The notes under the pieces are model-generated. The model did not search any database. It worked only from the letters and a program-made list of their open reading frames with translations, and was not told where the DNA came from. Below are positions 17,383 through 25,093 of a stretch of DNA of 53,065 nt, piece by piece. The position numbers and the translations under genes are program-made. The DNA lies in IMG/VR virus record IMGVR_UViG_3300031999_000029, positions 1 through 53,065 of that record; one strand, 5' to 3'. The stretch's first letter is position 1, and the number at the start of each line of letters is the position of its first letter. Source of the DNA: a virus. Lineage: Duplodnaviria; Caudoviricetes.

Positions 17383-18603
17383 ATGCCTTCCAAGTCTCGA
17401 GTCTACCAGGCGACGATGAACGAGCACCGGCGCCGGCTTGCTCGGGTGGTAGACCGCGGATCTGTGCCGCAGCTTCGCAAGCTCTACGATGATGCCGGCA
17501 AGTTCGCGGCGAAGGCTGCCGGGGACGCCGCGAATCGAATGGCGGCGCTCAAAGACAAGTGGCCGAAAGCCGAGTTCTCGGGAGACCTGTCGTCTGACGA
17601 AATCAATAGTGCGTTGCAACACGATCGCGACAGGCACCGAGACATCACTCGGGCGTTCTCCCACGGCGAGCTGTCTTCTGATGAGGTCAAAGAGTTGGGC
17701 GTCTCCCTCGGTTCGAATCTTCCGATCAAGTTGGATCCGGATCGGGACTACTACCACGTGACGACCGGCGCCTCGGGCGTTCTCGAATCGGGGCTGAAGA
17801 CGCGGGACGAGCTTGGGGGCGTGGCGTCCGGTCTCGGCGGCGGTGCTTCCGATACCATCTCCCTTACTGACGATCCCGCAGTGGCGCAAACCATTTACGA
17901 CACGATGCGAGAAGGGCAACAGGTGGCGAGGGGGGAGATCAAACCGATCGATCTCTACAATGCGGCGTTCGAAGGCAAAGGGGCGAAGCGCGCGTTTGCC
18001 GAGGATCTCATTCGAATGCACGACGCCCACCATTCTCCTGGCGATCCGCTTCCTTCGGGAATGGATCTGGCACTAGCCGAGAGGCGAAGCGTGCGCGCGA
18101 ACGAATCGAGTACGGATTCGACCGTGCCGCGAGTCGGCATGGGCATGTTCTTTCCGGAGCCTGCTTTGCCGGCTGGTGCCGAGGGCTTCAACCTGCACAC
18201 GACCGCCGACGGCAAAACCGTGTTCGGCGGGTATGTTCGGGGAATGACAGACGAAGAGAAGCTCGACAGCCGCATGGAATTCTACAAGCGGTTCCTGATG
18301 GTGCGAGAGGGCGCCGGCGGTCCCGAGGATCCCCTTTTCTACATGACGGACTATCACGCACTCGCGGCTAAACCTGTCGAAGACATCGCCTTGCTGAAGG
18401 TCCGCGCCACCCCCGGATCCCAAGGCTACCGCATGAGCGCACTCGGAGAGATCCGCGTCTACACCGGCGACGTTCTCAAGGTGACCGACGTGGAGCGCCG
18501 CCCGATGTCTTCTCGCCACGTGGCTCCCGAGGTCTCCAAGCGCGGCGACAAGGAAGAGACGGCGCAGCTCGCCCGGCTGTCGAAGGCTAAGAGAGCTGCA
18601 TGA
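17383..18603 (+). CDS. Putative ADP-ribosyltransferase-fold protein fused to a MuF-like N-terminus
   Basis: YYHVT...VLESGLKTR...ISLTDDP.VA...LGEIRV; first 35 aa paralogous to the 19491 gene. Confidence 0.55.
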   Translation: MPSKSRVYQATMNEHRRRLARVVDRGSVPQLRKLYDDAGKFAAKAAGDAANRMAALKDKWPKAEFSGDLSSDEINSALQHDRDRHRDITRAFSHGELSSDEVKELGVSLGSNLPIKLDPDRDYYHVTTGASGVLESGLKTRDELGGVASGLGGGASDTISLTDDPAVAQTIYDTMREGQQVARGEIKPIDLYNAAFEGKGAKRAFAEDLIRMHDAHHSPGDPLPSGMDLALAERRSVRANESSTDSTVPRVGMGMFFPEPALPAGAEGFNLHTTADGKTVFGGYVRGMTDEEKLDSRMEFYKRFLMVREGAGGPEDPLFYMTDYHALAAKPVEDIALLKVRATPGSQGYRMSALGEIRVYTGDVLKVTDVERRPMSSRHVAPEVSKRGDKEETAQLARLSKAKRAA

Positions 18604-19415
18604 ACGGCGTCGCCGAATGGACTGAAGAGCTGCACCCGCGCGGGCCGGGCGGCAAGTTCGCGTCGAAATCCGGCGCCGCCTCTCGCATCTCGAAAGAGAG
18701 CGAGTGGAAAGAGACGCGGACGCTTCGACGTTTGAGTGAAGCCAAGAGCAAGCCGCAATCTCCGCGAGACGCGTCGACGCGAATCGACTGGGAATACGAC
18801 GACAGGATGCGGGCGGTGCGCCCGGATCAGTACGTTCCGACGCGAGCCTCTCTCACCGAGGCGGAAAGTCGGATGAAGGGCTTCGATGTGGAGCACGCCG
18901 CCGTGTACGACGTCGAGGGCAACATGCTTTGTCGCTTGACGGACCGCAAAAGTGATAGCGTGGCGATCACGCCAGAGTTGCGCGATGAGTGTAGGAAGCG
19001 CGGCGACGCGGTCTTCACGCACAACCATCCGGAGGGCGACTATTTCAGTGGGGAAGATTTGATGCTGGCGAATGCCGCCAATCTGAAAGAAATGCGTGCC
19101 GTGCGCCCGAGCGGAGAGACGATCGTCGTCGCGCGTCCCGAGACCGGTTGGCCGAAATTGGCGGCGAACGAAGCACTTGCAGACGATCTCAACACGGCGT
19201 ATGCCCAAGCCAATCAGTCGATGCGAGATCGCATGGGCGTCGTCGTTACCGCTGCCGGCGGCAAGCCGTGGGAAGGGTCGTCGGCAAAAGGATACTCAAA
19301 GGAGTTGTGGAATGAATTCCGATTCGAAGAGGCGCACAAATATCTTACACCGGCTCTCGAAAAACACGGGATCCGCGTTGCGATCGTTCCGGCGGGCCAT
19401 CGACCCCAAGCATGA
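18600..19415 (+). CDS. JAB/MPN+ metalloenzyme domain protein with WxEELHPR...GKF tag
   Basis: EHAAVYD...FTHNHPEGDYFSGEDL is E...HxHP...SxxD. Confidence 0.72.
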   Translation: MNGVAEWTEELHPRGPGGKFASKSGAASRISKESEWKETRTLRRLSEAKSKPQSPRDASTRIDWEYDDRMRAVRPDQYVPTRASLTEAESRMKGFDVEHAAVYDVEGNMLCRLTDRKSDSVAITPELRDECRKRGDAVFTHNHPEGDYFSGEDLMLANAANLKEMRAVRPSGETIVVARPETGWPKLAANEALADDLNTAYAQANQSMRDRMGVVVTAAGGKPWEGSSAKGYSKELWNEFRFEEAHKYLTPALEKHGIRVAIVPAGHRPQA

Positions 19416-19490
19416 TCCGCGCGAAGTGATCCACTTGGATCAGTCTCACGCCGATCTCGTGTACGGTCCGCCGAAGGGCAGGATCTAGTC

Positions 19491-20447
19491 TTGCCAAAGC
19501 TGCCAGGCGTCTACCGCTCGATGCTCACGGAGCATCGCCGTCGGCTCGACCGTCTCGTCGACCGGCAGGGGCTCGTCAGTCTCAAAAAGCTGTACGCGAA
19601 CGCGCAATCCGAGCTGGAGCGTCAGCTCCGAGTGCTGCCGAAGCGTCTCGGCAACTCGTTCACAGCGCACCATTCGCGGATCATGCTGGCTCAAGTGAAG
19701 CAAGGCCGAATGATGTTGGCGCAGAAGATGGCTGGGGAGATGGCGGGATTGACGCGGCAGGCGCAAACGGAGTCGTTGCGCGGATTGATCGTTGACTTGA
19801 CTACGCTCGAACGTGAGTTCACGGGCGCCGACGTCGTGTTGCCCATCGAGGACGCGGCTCTGTTTCAAGGCGTCATCGACGGCCGGCGCGAGTCCCTGTT
19901 GCGCACGAACGACGAGAGCTTGGCTTACTACACCGCCGATGTGGTCGAGGGTATCGAGGACGATCTTTCGTTGGCCTTGGCGATCGGAGAAACGACGTCC
20001 GACACGATCGATCGAGTCATGGACGGGCTCGACAACGAGTGGTGGCAGGCCGAGCGCATCGTTCGCACCGAAACCCTTTGGGCCGCGAATTCCACGCAAG
20101 CCGACGGTCTCGAAGCGTCGGCCGAAGTGTTCGACGATTTGCACATGCGGTGGGAAGAATACGTTGACGATTCCACGGGGCAGCCGTTGGACGAGAGGGT
20201 CGACGACGATTCTCTCGCCATGCACGGGCAGATCATTCGCCCCGGCGGACAGTTCTACTTTCCCGACAGCTACATCGATCGTTCGGATCCGAAAGTTGCC
20301 AAGCGGCTCGAACGGTTTCGCGGTCAGTCGTGGGCGTTCCCCCCCATGCGACCGCAAGATCGAGCTACGGTGAGTCCGGTACGTCCGGGTTGGGGGATCC
20401 CCGGTTGGCAATGGGTGGACGGAGATCGGGTTGTGTGGCCCGTATGA
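19491..20447 (+). CDS. Head morphogenesis protein (MuF / SPP1 gp7 family)
   Basis: AERIVRTE, MHGQI and PP.RPQDR motifs; located between portal and scaffold; TTG start. Confidence 0.85.
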   Translation: MPKLPGVYRSMLTEHRRRLDRLVDRQGLVSLKKLYANAQSELERQLRVLPKRLGNSFTAHHSRIMLAQVKQGRMMLAQKMAGEMAGLTRQAQTESLRGLIVDLTTLEREFTGADVVLPIEDAALFQGVIDGRRESLLRTNDESLAYYTADVVEGIEDDLSLALAIGETTSDTIDRVMDGLDNEWWQAERIVRTETLWAANSTQADGLEASAEVFDDLHMRWEEYVDDSTGQPLDERVDDDSLAMHGQIIRPGGQFYFPDSYIDRSDPKVAKRLERFRGQSWAFPPMRPQDRATVSPVRPGWGIPGWQWVDGDRVVWPV

Positions 20448-20611
20448 TTGTGTTAAACGGTACCCATGGCAAAGTATAGAGATGGGTTTGGGGTGTTTCG
20501 TTCGACATTGAAGGTGTCTGCGAAAACGGTCGTGGCTTTGTATGAGTCGGGGCTGTCGCAAAACGCGGTTGCAGTAGTACATTGCCGAGCAAGTAATTTG
20601 AGGAGGCCAAT

Positions 20612-21076
20612 ATGGCGGTCGGCGGCAAGAAGTTGAAAGCTCTCGTGGAACGCGATTCGTCACCTTTCGGCGGCAAGAAGTTCAAAAAGCCCGTCGAGGA
20701 AGAGCCCGAAAAGGACGAAGAGGGCGAAGAGGACGAAGCGGCCGAAGAGGAAGACAACCCCGGTAACGAAGACGAAAGCGAAGAGGGAGAGGGCGAAGAG
20801 GTAGACGTCGCCGCCATCGGTTCCGAAGTCCAAGAGGGTCGCGGCGAGCCCGAGATCATGGAGCTGACCAAGGGCTACGATCCCGAGCAACACGGCAACC
20901 CGCCGTCGTGGGTCGAGGACGAAGAGATTTGGGAGAAGGCCAAGGAAGCGGTCGATCCCGAGGGTGACGGTTCGAAGTACGATCAGCCGTGGGCCGTCGT
21001 GGCGCACGTCTACTCCCGTATGGGCGGCGGCTTGAAGTCCGAGGGCGGTGGCGACGAAGAGGAAACGGAAGAATAG
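20612..21076 (+). CDS. Highly acidic hypothetical protein
   Basis: GAGGAGG RBS; Glu-rich, with a DEEIWEKAK...WAVVAHVY..MGG module. Confidence 0.8.
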   Translation: MAVGGKKLKALVERDSSPFGGKKFKKPVEEEPEKDEEGEEDEAAEEEDNPGNEDESEEGEGEEVDVAAIGSEVQEGRGEPEIMELTKGYDPEQHGNPPSWVEDEEIWEKAKEAVDPEGDGSKYDQPWAVVAHVYSRMGGGLKSEGGGDEEETEE

Positions 21077-21078
21077 TC

Positions 21079-21228
21079 GTGGCGCGCAGCTACTACGTGG
21101 GCCCGACAGGGCAGCACATCTACATGAAAAGCAACCCCGGTCCGGTAGTCGTCGGGCACATGCGCAATCAAATCTTCCGCCAAGGGTTGCCGATGTCGGC
21201 ACACTTGGCGGAACCGAAACGACGATAG
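21079..21228 (+). CDS. 49-aa protein, paralogue of the C-terminal half of ORF 22009
   Basis: GTG 21079; YY...G...Y.KSNPGP...GHM.NQ.F.QGLPMSAHL.EP shared. Confidence 0.65.
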   Translation: MARSYYVGPTGQHIYMKSNPGPVVVGHMRNQIFRQGLPMSAHLAEPKRR

Positions 21229-21257
21229 TTGACGAAACTCTCTCTCGCGTGTAGGTT
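21229..21257 (+). promoter_or_regulatory. Sigma70-like promoter, possibly for a near-leaderless mRNA
   Basis: TTGACG-N17-TAGGTT, 6 nt before ATG 21264. Confidence 0.55.
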
Positions 21258-21263
21258 CAGACC

Positions 21264-21497
21264 ATGGCACACTCTTATGGAAACACGGGAATGCCGGTCG
21301 ATACTCCGATTCTGATCCGGCCCGGCGTCACGCACAAAGAAAGCGACTTTCACGGCAACGGCAAGCACTACGCGTTGCCGCCCGAGCACCCCGAGCGATC
21401 CGCCAAGGGCGATCTCGGGTTGAGTGTGATCCCGGGGCTGGAGACGAAGCCGACCGACCATCCCGGCTTGCCGTTTGAATTGAAGCCGAAGGTGTGA
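21264..21497 (+). CDS. Small Pro-rich protein
   Basis: 77 aa, ends LPFELKPKV. Confidence 0.6.
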   Translation: MAHSYGNTGMPVDTPILIRPGVTHKESDFHGNGKHYALPPEHPERSAKGDLGLSVIPGLETKPTDHPGLPFELKPKV

Positions 21498-22093
21498 CCA
21501 TGAAAGATCCTCACAGCGGTGACCCGATGTGGCACACTCGATCTGCCGAGTGGAGAGGGGCGCAGCGCCGTGCAGAGGACACGGCAAAGCAGTTGCGTAG
21601 GCAGATCGAACCCAAACTCAAAGGGATGGGGCCAGAAAAGCGGCGCGAAATGGAAGGGCTGATTCGATCTGTGGAAGCTGCGCCGCGCGGTGTGCAAGTC
21701 GAGTTGCTGCCGGTAACTCCGACCCCGATGGATACGCCGGAAGCGTTTGTTTCGAGAGTGTTCAAGGAAACGGAACAAGACACGATCGCAAAAGCTGCCG
21801 AGCACGCTGACAAGGGCGAGATGTCTTCGAGCGCGAAGCTCGCGCTGTCTGACGCGCGCAAGCTGTCTGCAAAGGGGGATCACGCGAACGCTATGAATAG
21901 GGCGCGCGATTCTCTCAAGTATTCTGTCGGTGTGCTGCATCCCGACTATCAGAAAGCCGACGCGCTAGCGAGAAAACGAACCGCGCCCGAGGGCGCACGG
22001 AGGAGACCGTGGTATTCATTCGAACGCACGAACAGGCGAAACAAATTTTGGCCGGCGAGCATATTGTGGATCCAATATGGCTCGGAGATGTAG
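21494..22093 (+). CDS. Hypothetical protein whose C-terminus runs out of frame through repeat copy 2
   Basis: SSAKLALSDA...A..RARDSLKYSVG..HPDY module ends just before the repeat at 21974. Confidence 0.6.
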   Translation: MTMKDPHSGDPMWHTRSAEWRGAQRRAEDTAKQLRRQIEPKLKGMGPEKRREMEGLIRSVEAAPRGVQVELLPVTPTPMDTPEAFVSRVFKETEQDTIAKAAEHADKGEMSSSAKLALSDARKLSAKGDHANAMNRARDSLKYSVGVLHPDYQKADALARKRTAPEGARRRPWYSFERTNRRNKFWPASILWIQYGSEM

Positions 22094-22187
22094 ACGATCC
22101 GGACCGTCTCGGTTGTTACCTAGACGAGCACATCGAGTGGTTGCGGACAGCGGACGAACCGGAGCTGCGGACGTGGGCCAGGAGCGT
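21974..22187 (+). repeat. 214-bp dispersed direct repeat, copy 2
   Basis: Matches 4028-4241 with 2 mismatches; includes RBS and start codon. Confidence 0.97.
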
Positions 22188-22392
22188 CGGAAGCGGCGCA
22201 CGAGATTCTGCGGCACAACAAAAGTCGATCGAAACCGGCACCCGTGGCGGTCGCTACTACGTCAGCGCGACCGGCGCCAAGGTCTACGTGAAAAGCAATC
22301 CCGGTCCCATTCACCTCGGCCACATGCAGAACCAAACCTTTTACCAGGGGCTTCCGATGTCGGCGCACCTGAATGAGCCGCGCAGAAAGTAG
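22009..22392 (+). CDS. Chimeric hypothetical protein
   Basis: N-terminal half from the repeat, then TGTRGGRYY and a 21079-like C-terminal half. Confidence 0.7.
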   Translation: MVFIRTHEQAKQILAGEHIVDPIWLGDVDDPDRLGCYLDEHIEWLRTADEPELRTWARSVGSGARDSAAQQKSIETGTRGGRYYVSATGAKVYVKSNPGPIHLGHMQNQTFYQGLPMSAHLNEPRRK

Positions 22393-22395
22393 GAG

Positions 22396-22638
22396 ATGAC
22401 CATGGTATTCAAAGCGACCCCCGGCGTTCACCGCACTCCGCGCACCCGCGCTCTCGAAATCGGCACGCGTCCCGAAGGCTTCACCGAGCATTTGCCGTAC
22501 AACGCCGCCGCCGGCGTTCCCGAGGCGCAGCCAGGCATGGCACCGGCCGGCACCTACCGCGAGCTGCCAGCACAGGTGACCGACGCCGGAGCCAAGCCGA
22601 TCGAAAATCCGAAACCCTTCAACGTCAGCAAGAGGTAA
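22396..22638 (+). CDS. Small Pro-rich protein
   Basis: AGGAG RBS (true start may be the second ATG at 22402); ends PKPFNVSKR. Confidence 0.7.
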   Translation: MTMVFKATPGVHRTPRTRALEIGTRPEGFTEHLPYNAAAGVPEAQPGMAPAGTYRELPAQVTDAGAKPIENPKPFNVSKR

Positions 22639-22642
22639 GCAC

Positions 22643-22831
22643 ATGAGCCATTTGCCAAACTGGAAAGAGATGGGCCCGCCCGTGGTCGGACAGGACGCGA
22701 CTCTGAAAGAGCCGGTCGAGGCGTTCGACAAGAATTACGGGAGCTACAAGCACAGCGACGCCGGCAAGCCGACGAAGGCGATCGCGTCGCTCCCTGCCGA
22801 GCCGAAGCCATTTTCGGTTTCCAAGAAGTAA
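22643..22831 (+). CDS. Small protein
   Basis: GAGG RBS; ends PKPFSVSKK. Confidence 0.7.
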   Translation: MSHLPNWKEMGPPVVGQDATLKEPVEAFDKNYGSYKHSDAGKPTKAIASLPAEPKPFSVSKK

Positions 22832-22841
22832 GGAGATTCCA

Positions 22842-23048
22842 ATGACGATGAATGATATGAGCGACGTGGGCCAGGACAAGACGCACAAGGAAGCGGTCGA
22901 GAAGTACGACGCCGAGTGCGGCACCTACAAAGAGAGCATCGACACGGTGCCGACCGACGATCGCCTGCCGACCGCGCAGATGCCGAAAGCTCCCGAGAGT
23001 ACGCCGTTTGTGGTGGGTCCGCTGACTCCCGGTGGCCGCGCGGCGTAA
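22842..23048 (+). CDS. Small protein, paralogue of 22643
   Basis: AAGGAG RBS; VGQD.T.KE.VE..D...G.YK shared with 22643. Confidence 0.7.
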   Translation: MTMNDMSDVGQDKTHKEAVEKYDAECGTYKESIDTVPTDDRLPTAQMPKAPESTPFVVGPLTPGGRAA

Positions 23049-23072
23049 TAGCCGAAGCGGCAGGAGGGCAGC

Positions 23073-23453
23073 ATGGCCGATCAATTCAAGTTGTCGGGTG
23101 GCTACACGACCACGCCGTTAGACGGCGTGCAGTCGTTCGACCCGAACATCGACGCCGTGATCGACGAGAGCCTCGTGCTCATCAAAAAGAATTTCGAGCA
23201 GATCGATCTGAACGTCGACACTCCGGTGGTCGTGCCGTTCGGCGGCGTGACGAATGCGAACGTCGTTCTGCTGAAAGCCGTTGGCGGCAAAGTGAAAGCT
23301 CGTTTCACGAGCGCCGACGGCACGCAACAGGCGGTGCCGTTCGACACATACCTGATCCTGATGTCTCTCGCCTCGCCGATCACGGCGATTGATCTTGTTC
23401 GCACACCCGCGACGCCGGCGACGGTGCGCGTGTTTCTCGGGGAGAGGGCATAG
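23073..23453 (+). CDS. Putative virion structural protein (beta-rich)
   Basis: AGGAGG RBS; position in the head module. Confidence 0.7.
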   Translation: MADQFKLSGGYTTTPLDGVQSFDPNIDAVIDESLVLIKKNFEQIDLNVDTPVVVPFGGVTNANVVLLKAVGGKVKARFTSADGTQQAVPFDTYLILMSLASPITAIDLVRTPATPATVRVFLGERA

Positions 23454-23522
23454 AGACGTTGCAATTCGTTGTCGATTTCGTGTACCTTCACCGCATTCCG
23501 TCAAGGAATACAGGAGAACAAA

Positions 23523-23954
23523 ATGCCAGTGACAACCGTAGTGAAAGACACCGTCAAGTCCGTGCTCGACAAGGGCAACTTGAATCAGGTCGGCGACGCC
23601 CTCGCTCTGGCGAAGCTCGGCACGATCCTGACCCCTACCAAAGTGACGCTGACCGGCTTGACCGGCACCACCCACAACATCACCGATGCTGCTCACGGCG
23701 GCCACCCGGCGATCTTGTCGGTCATCGCCTTGCGCGTCACCGCCGCCACCACCGCCGGCTCCGTCGGCGCGTACGTTGCTGGTGACGCCGGCGCCACCGT
23801 CGTTTCTCCCGCCGCCAGCACAGTCGTTGGCGTCGCCAAGCTCAGTGACGACGGCACGACGCTGACTTTCGCCACCGGCGACGTGACGGCGTTCGTGATC
23901 GAGTACGTTCCGCGAGCGGCTGTCGACATGACTGCCCCGTTCGCGCGCTCGTAA
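23523..23954 (+). CDS. Putative head decoration or structural protein
   Basis: AGGAG RBS; Ala/Thr/Val-rich; TTGCAA-N18-TACCTT promoter-like element at 23459-23488. Confidence 0.65.
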   Translation: MPVTTVVKDTVKSVLDKGNLNQVGDALALAKLGTILTPTKVTLTGLTGTTHNITDAAHGGHPAILSVIALRVTAATTAGSVGAYVAGDAGATVVSPAASTVVGVAKLSDDGTTLTFATGDVTAFVIEYVPRAAVDMTAPFARS

Positions 23955-23977
23955 TAGTGCAGGACAGTGCAACGTAG

Positions 23978-24001
23978 CGAGGTCGGGGAATCTCGACCTC
24001 G
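23978..24001 (+). other. Stable hairpin in the scaffold gene leader
   Basis: CGAGGTCGGG-GAAT-CTCGACCTCG, 10 bp with one G-U. Confidence 0.55.
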
Positions 24002-24123
24002 TGAATTTCAGCACGTCCCGACGGTGCGTCTTTCGGCGCCCGGCGTGATCTGTCGCCAACGTGTACGACGGCGGTGAATCAGTCGGAGACCGGATGGGTA
24101 TCGCAAGGGGCTAAGAGGAAGCA

Positions 24124-25065
24124 ATGCCGGACAACGTGCAGGTAGAGAACCAAGGAACAGGGACACCAGGAACAGGACAAGGGGCGGTAAACCAAGGGGC
24201 ACCAAATCCCCAAGCCGCACCGCAGAATCCACCGGCGGCTGCCGGAGGCGACAACGGCGGAACCGCGAACGCGGCTCCCGCGACGTCGCAATCGAACATC
24301 GGAAAGGTTGGCGGCGGCAAAAACCTCGTCATCCCCGAGCACAGCATGAAGCGCATCAAAGAAGAGCACTTCACGAAGGGGAAGAAAGAGGCATTGTCGG
24401 CGTTGGCGAAAGAGCTTGGCTACTCTTCACCGGAAGAGATGCAAGGGGCTCTCAAAGCCGTCCGCGCGAAAGGCGGATCGACCCGTTCTGATAACGGCGA
24501 CGGAGAACCCAAGCCGAATCAGAATCCGCAGAATCAGCCGAACGGCGGGAAGAATGCTCAACAGGCGAAGGGCAACAACTCGAACGTCGACAGACGCTCG
24601 TGGGAGAAGCTCGACAAAGAGCAGAAGCGGTGGGGCGAAGAGCGGGATCAACTCCTGAAGCAGATCCGATCGGAATCGTCTCGGCGGAAAGAGTTGCAGC
24701 AAGCGCTCGACGCGAAAGAGGCGGAAATGGCGTTGCGCGAGACCGCAGTGATCTCGGGCGTCAAAGACGTCGACTACGCGATTCGTTTGCTCACTCGTCA
24801 CTTGGACGGGAAAACCGAAAAGGAGCTTGCCACGTTCGACGAGAGCAAGTTCTTCGGAGAGCTGCGGACTTCCCACCCGTACCTGTTCGGTGAGGTTGTG
24901 AAGGCGGCAAACACTGGCACCGGCACGAACGGAAACCCGCCCGCGCCGAAGCCGGGAGCTGCCGCAGGCGCAGCCGCAGCCGGCGGACAAGCGGACGCGA
25001 AGAAAATGTCGCGCGAGGAATTCCTCGCTCACATCGCCAAGCGCGGTTTGAGCGTCGGACCGTAG
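24124..25065 (+). CDS. Capsid scaffolding protein
   Basis: Disordered N-terminus, coiled coil, HPYLFG and terminal AKKMSREEF; immediately upstream of the capsid gene. Confidence 0.8.
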   Translation: MPDNVQVENQGTGTPGTGQGAVNQGAPNPQAAPQNPPAAAGGDNGGTANAAPATSQSNIGKVGGGKNLVIPEHSMKRIKEEHFTKGKKEALSALAKELGYSSPEEMQGALKAVRAKGGSTRSDNGDGEPKPNQNPQNQPNGGKNAQQAKGNNSNVDRRSWEKLDKEQKRWGEERDQLLKQIRSESSRRKELQQALDAKEAEMALRETAVISGVKDVDYAIRLLTRHLDGKTEKELATFDESKFFGELRTSHPYLFGEVVKAANTGTGTNGNPPAPKPGAAAGAAAAGGQADAKKMSREEFLAHIAKRGLSVGP

Positions 25066-25093
25066 CGCGATCTTCGATTCGTGCTTCTCTTGC

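Noticed and set aside
4028-22187. Diversity-generating retroelement TR/VR pair, since both mismatches are at adenines of copy 1
   Set aside because: Only two mismatches, most adenines are unchanged, the repeat covers a gene start rather than a C-terminal variable region, and there is no reverse transcriptase in the window. Reconsider only if an RT is found elsewhere and reads show A-specific variation.
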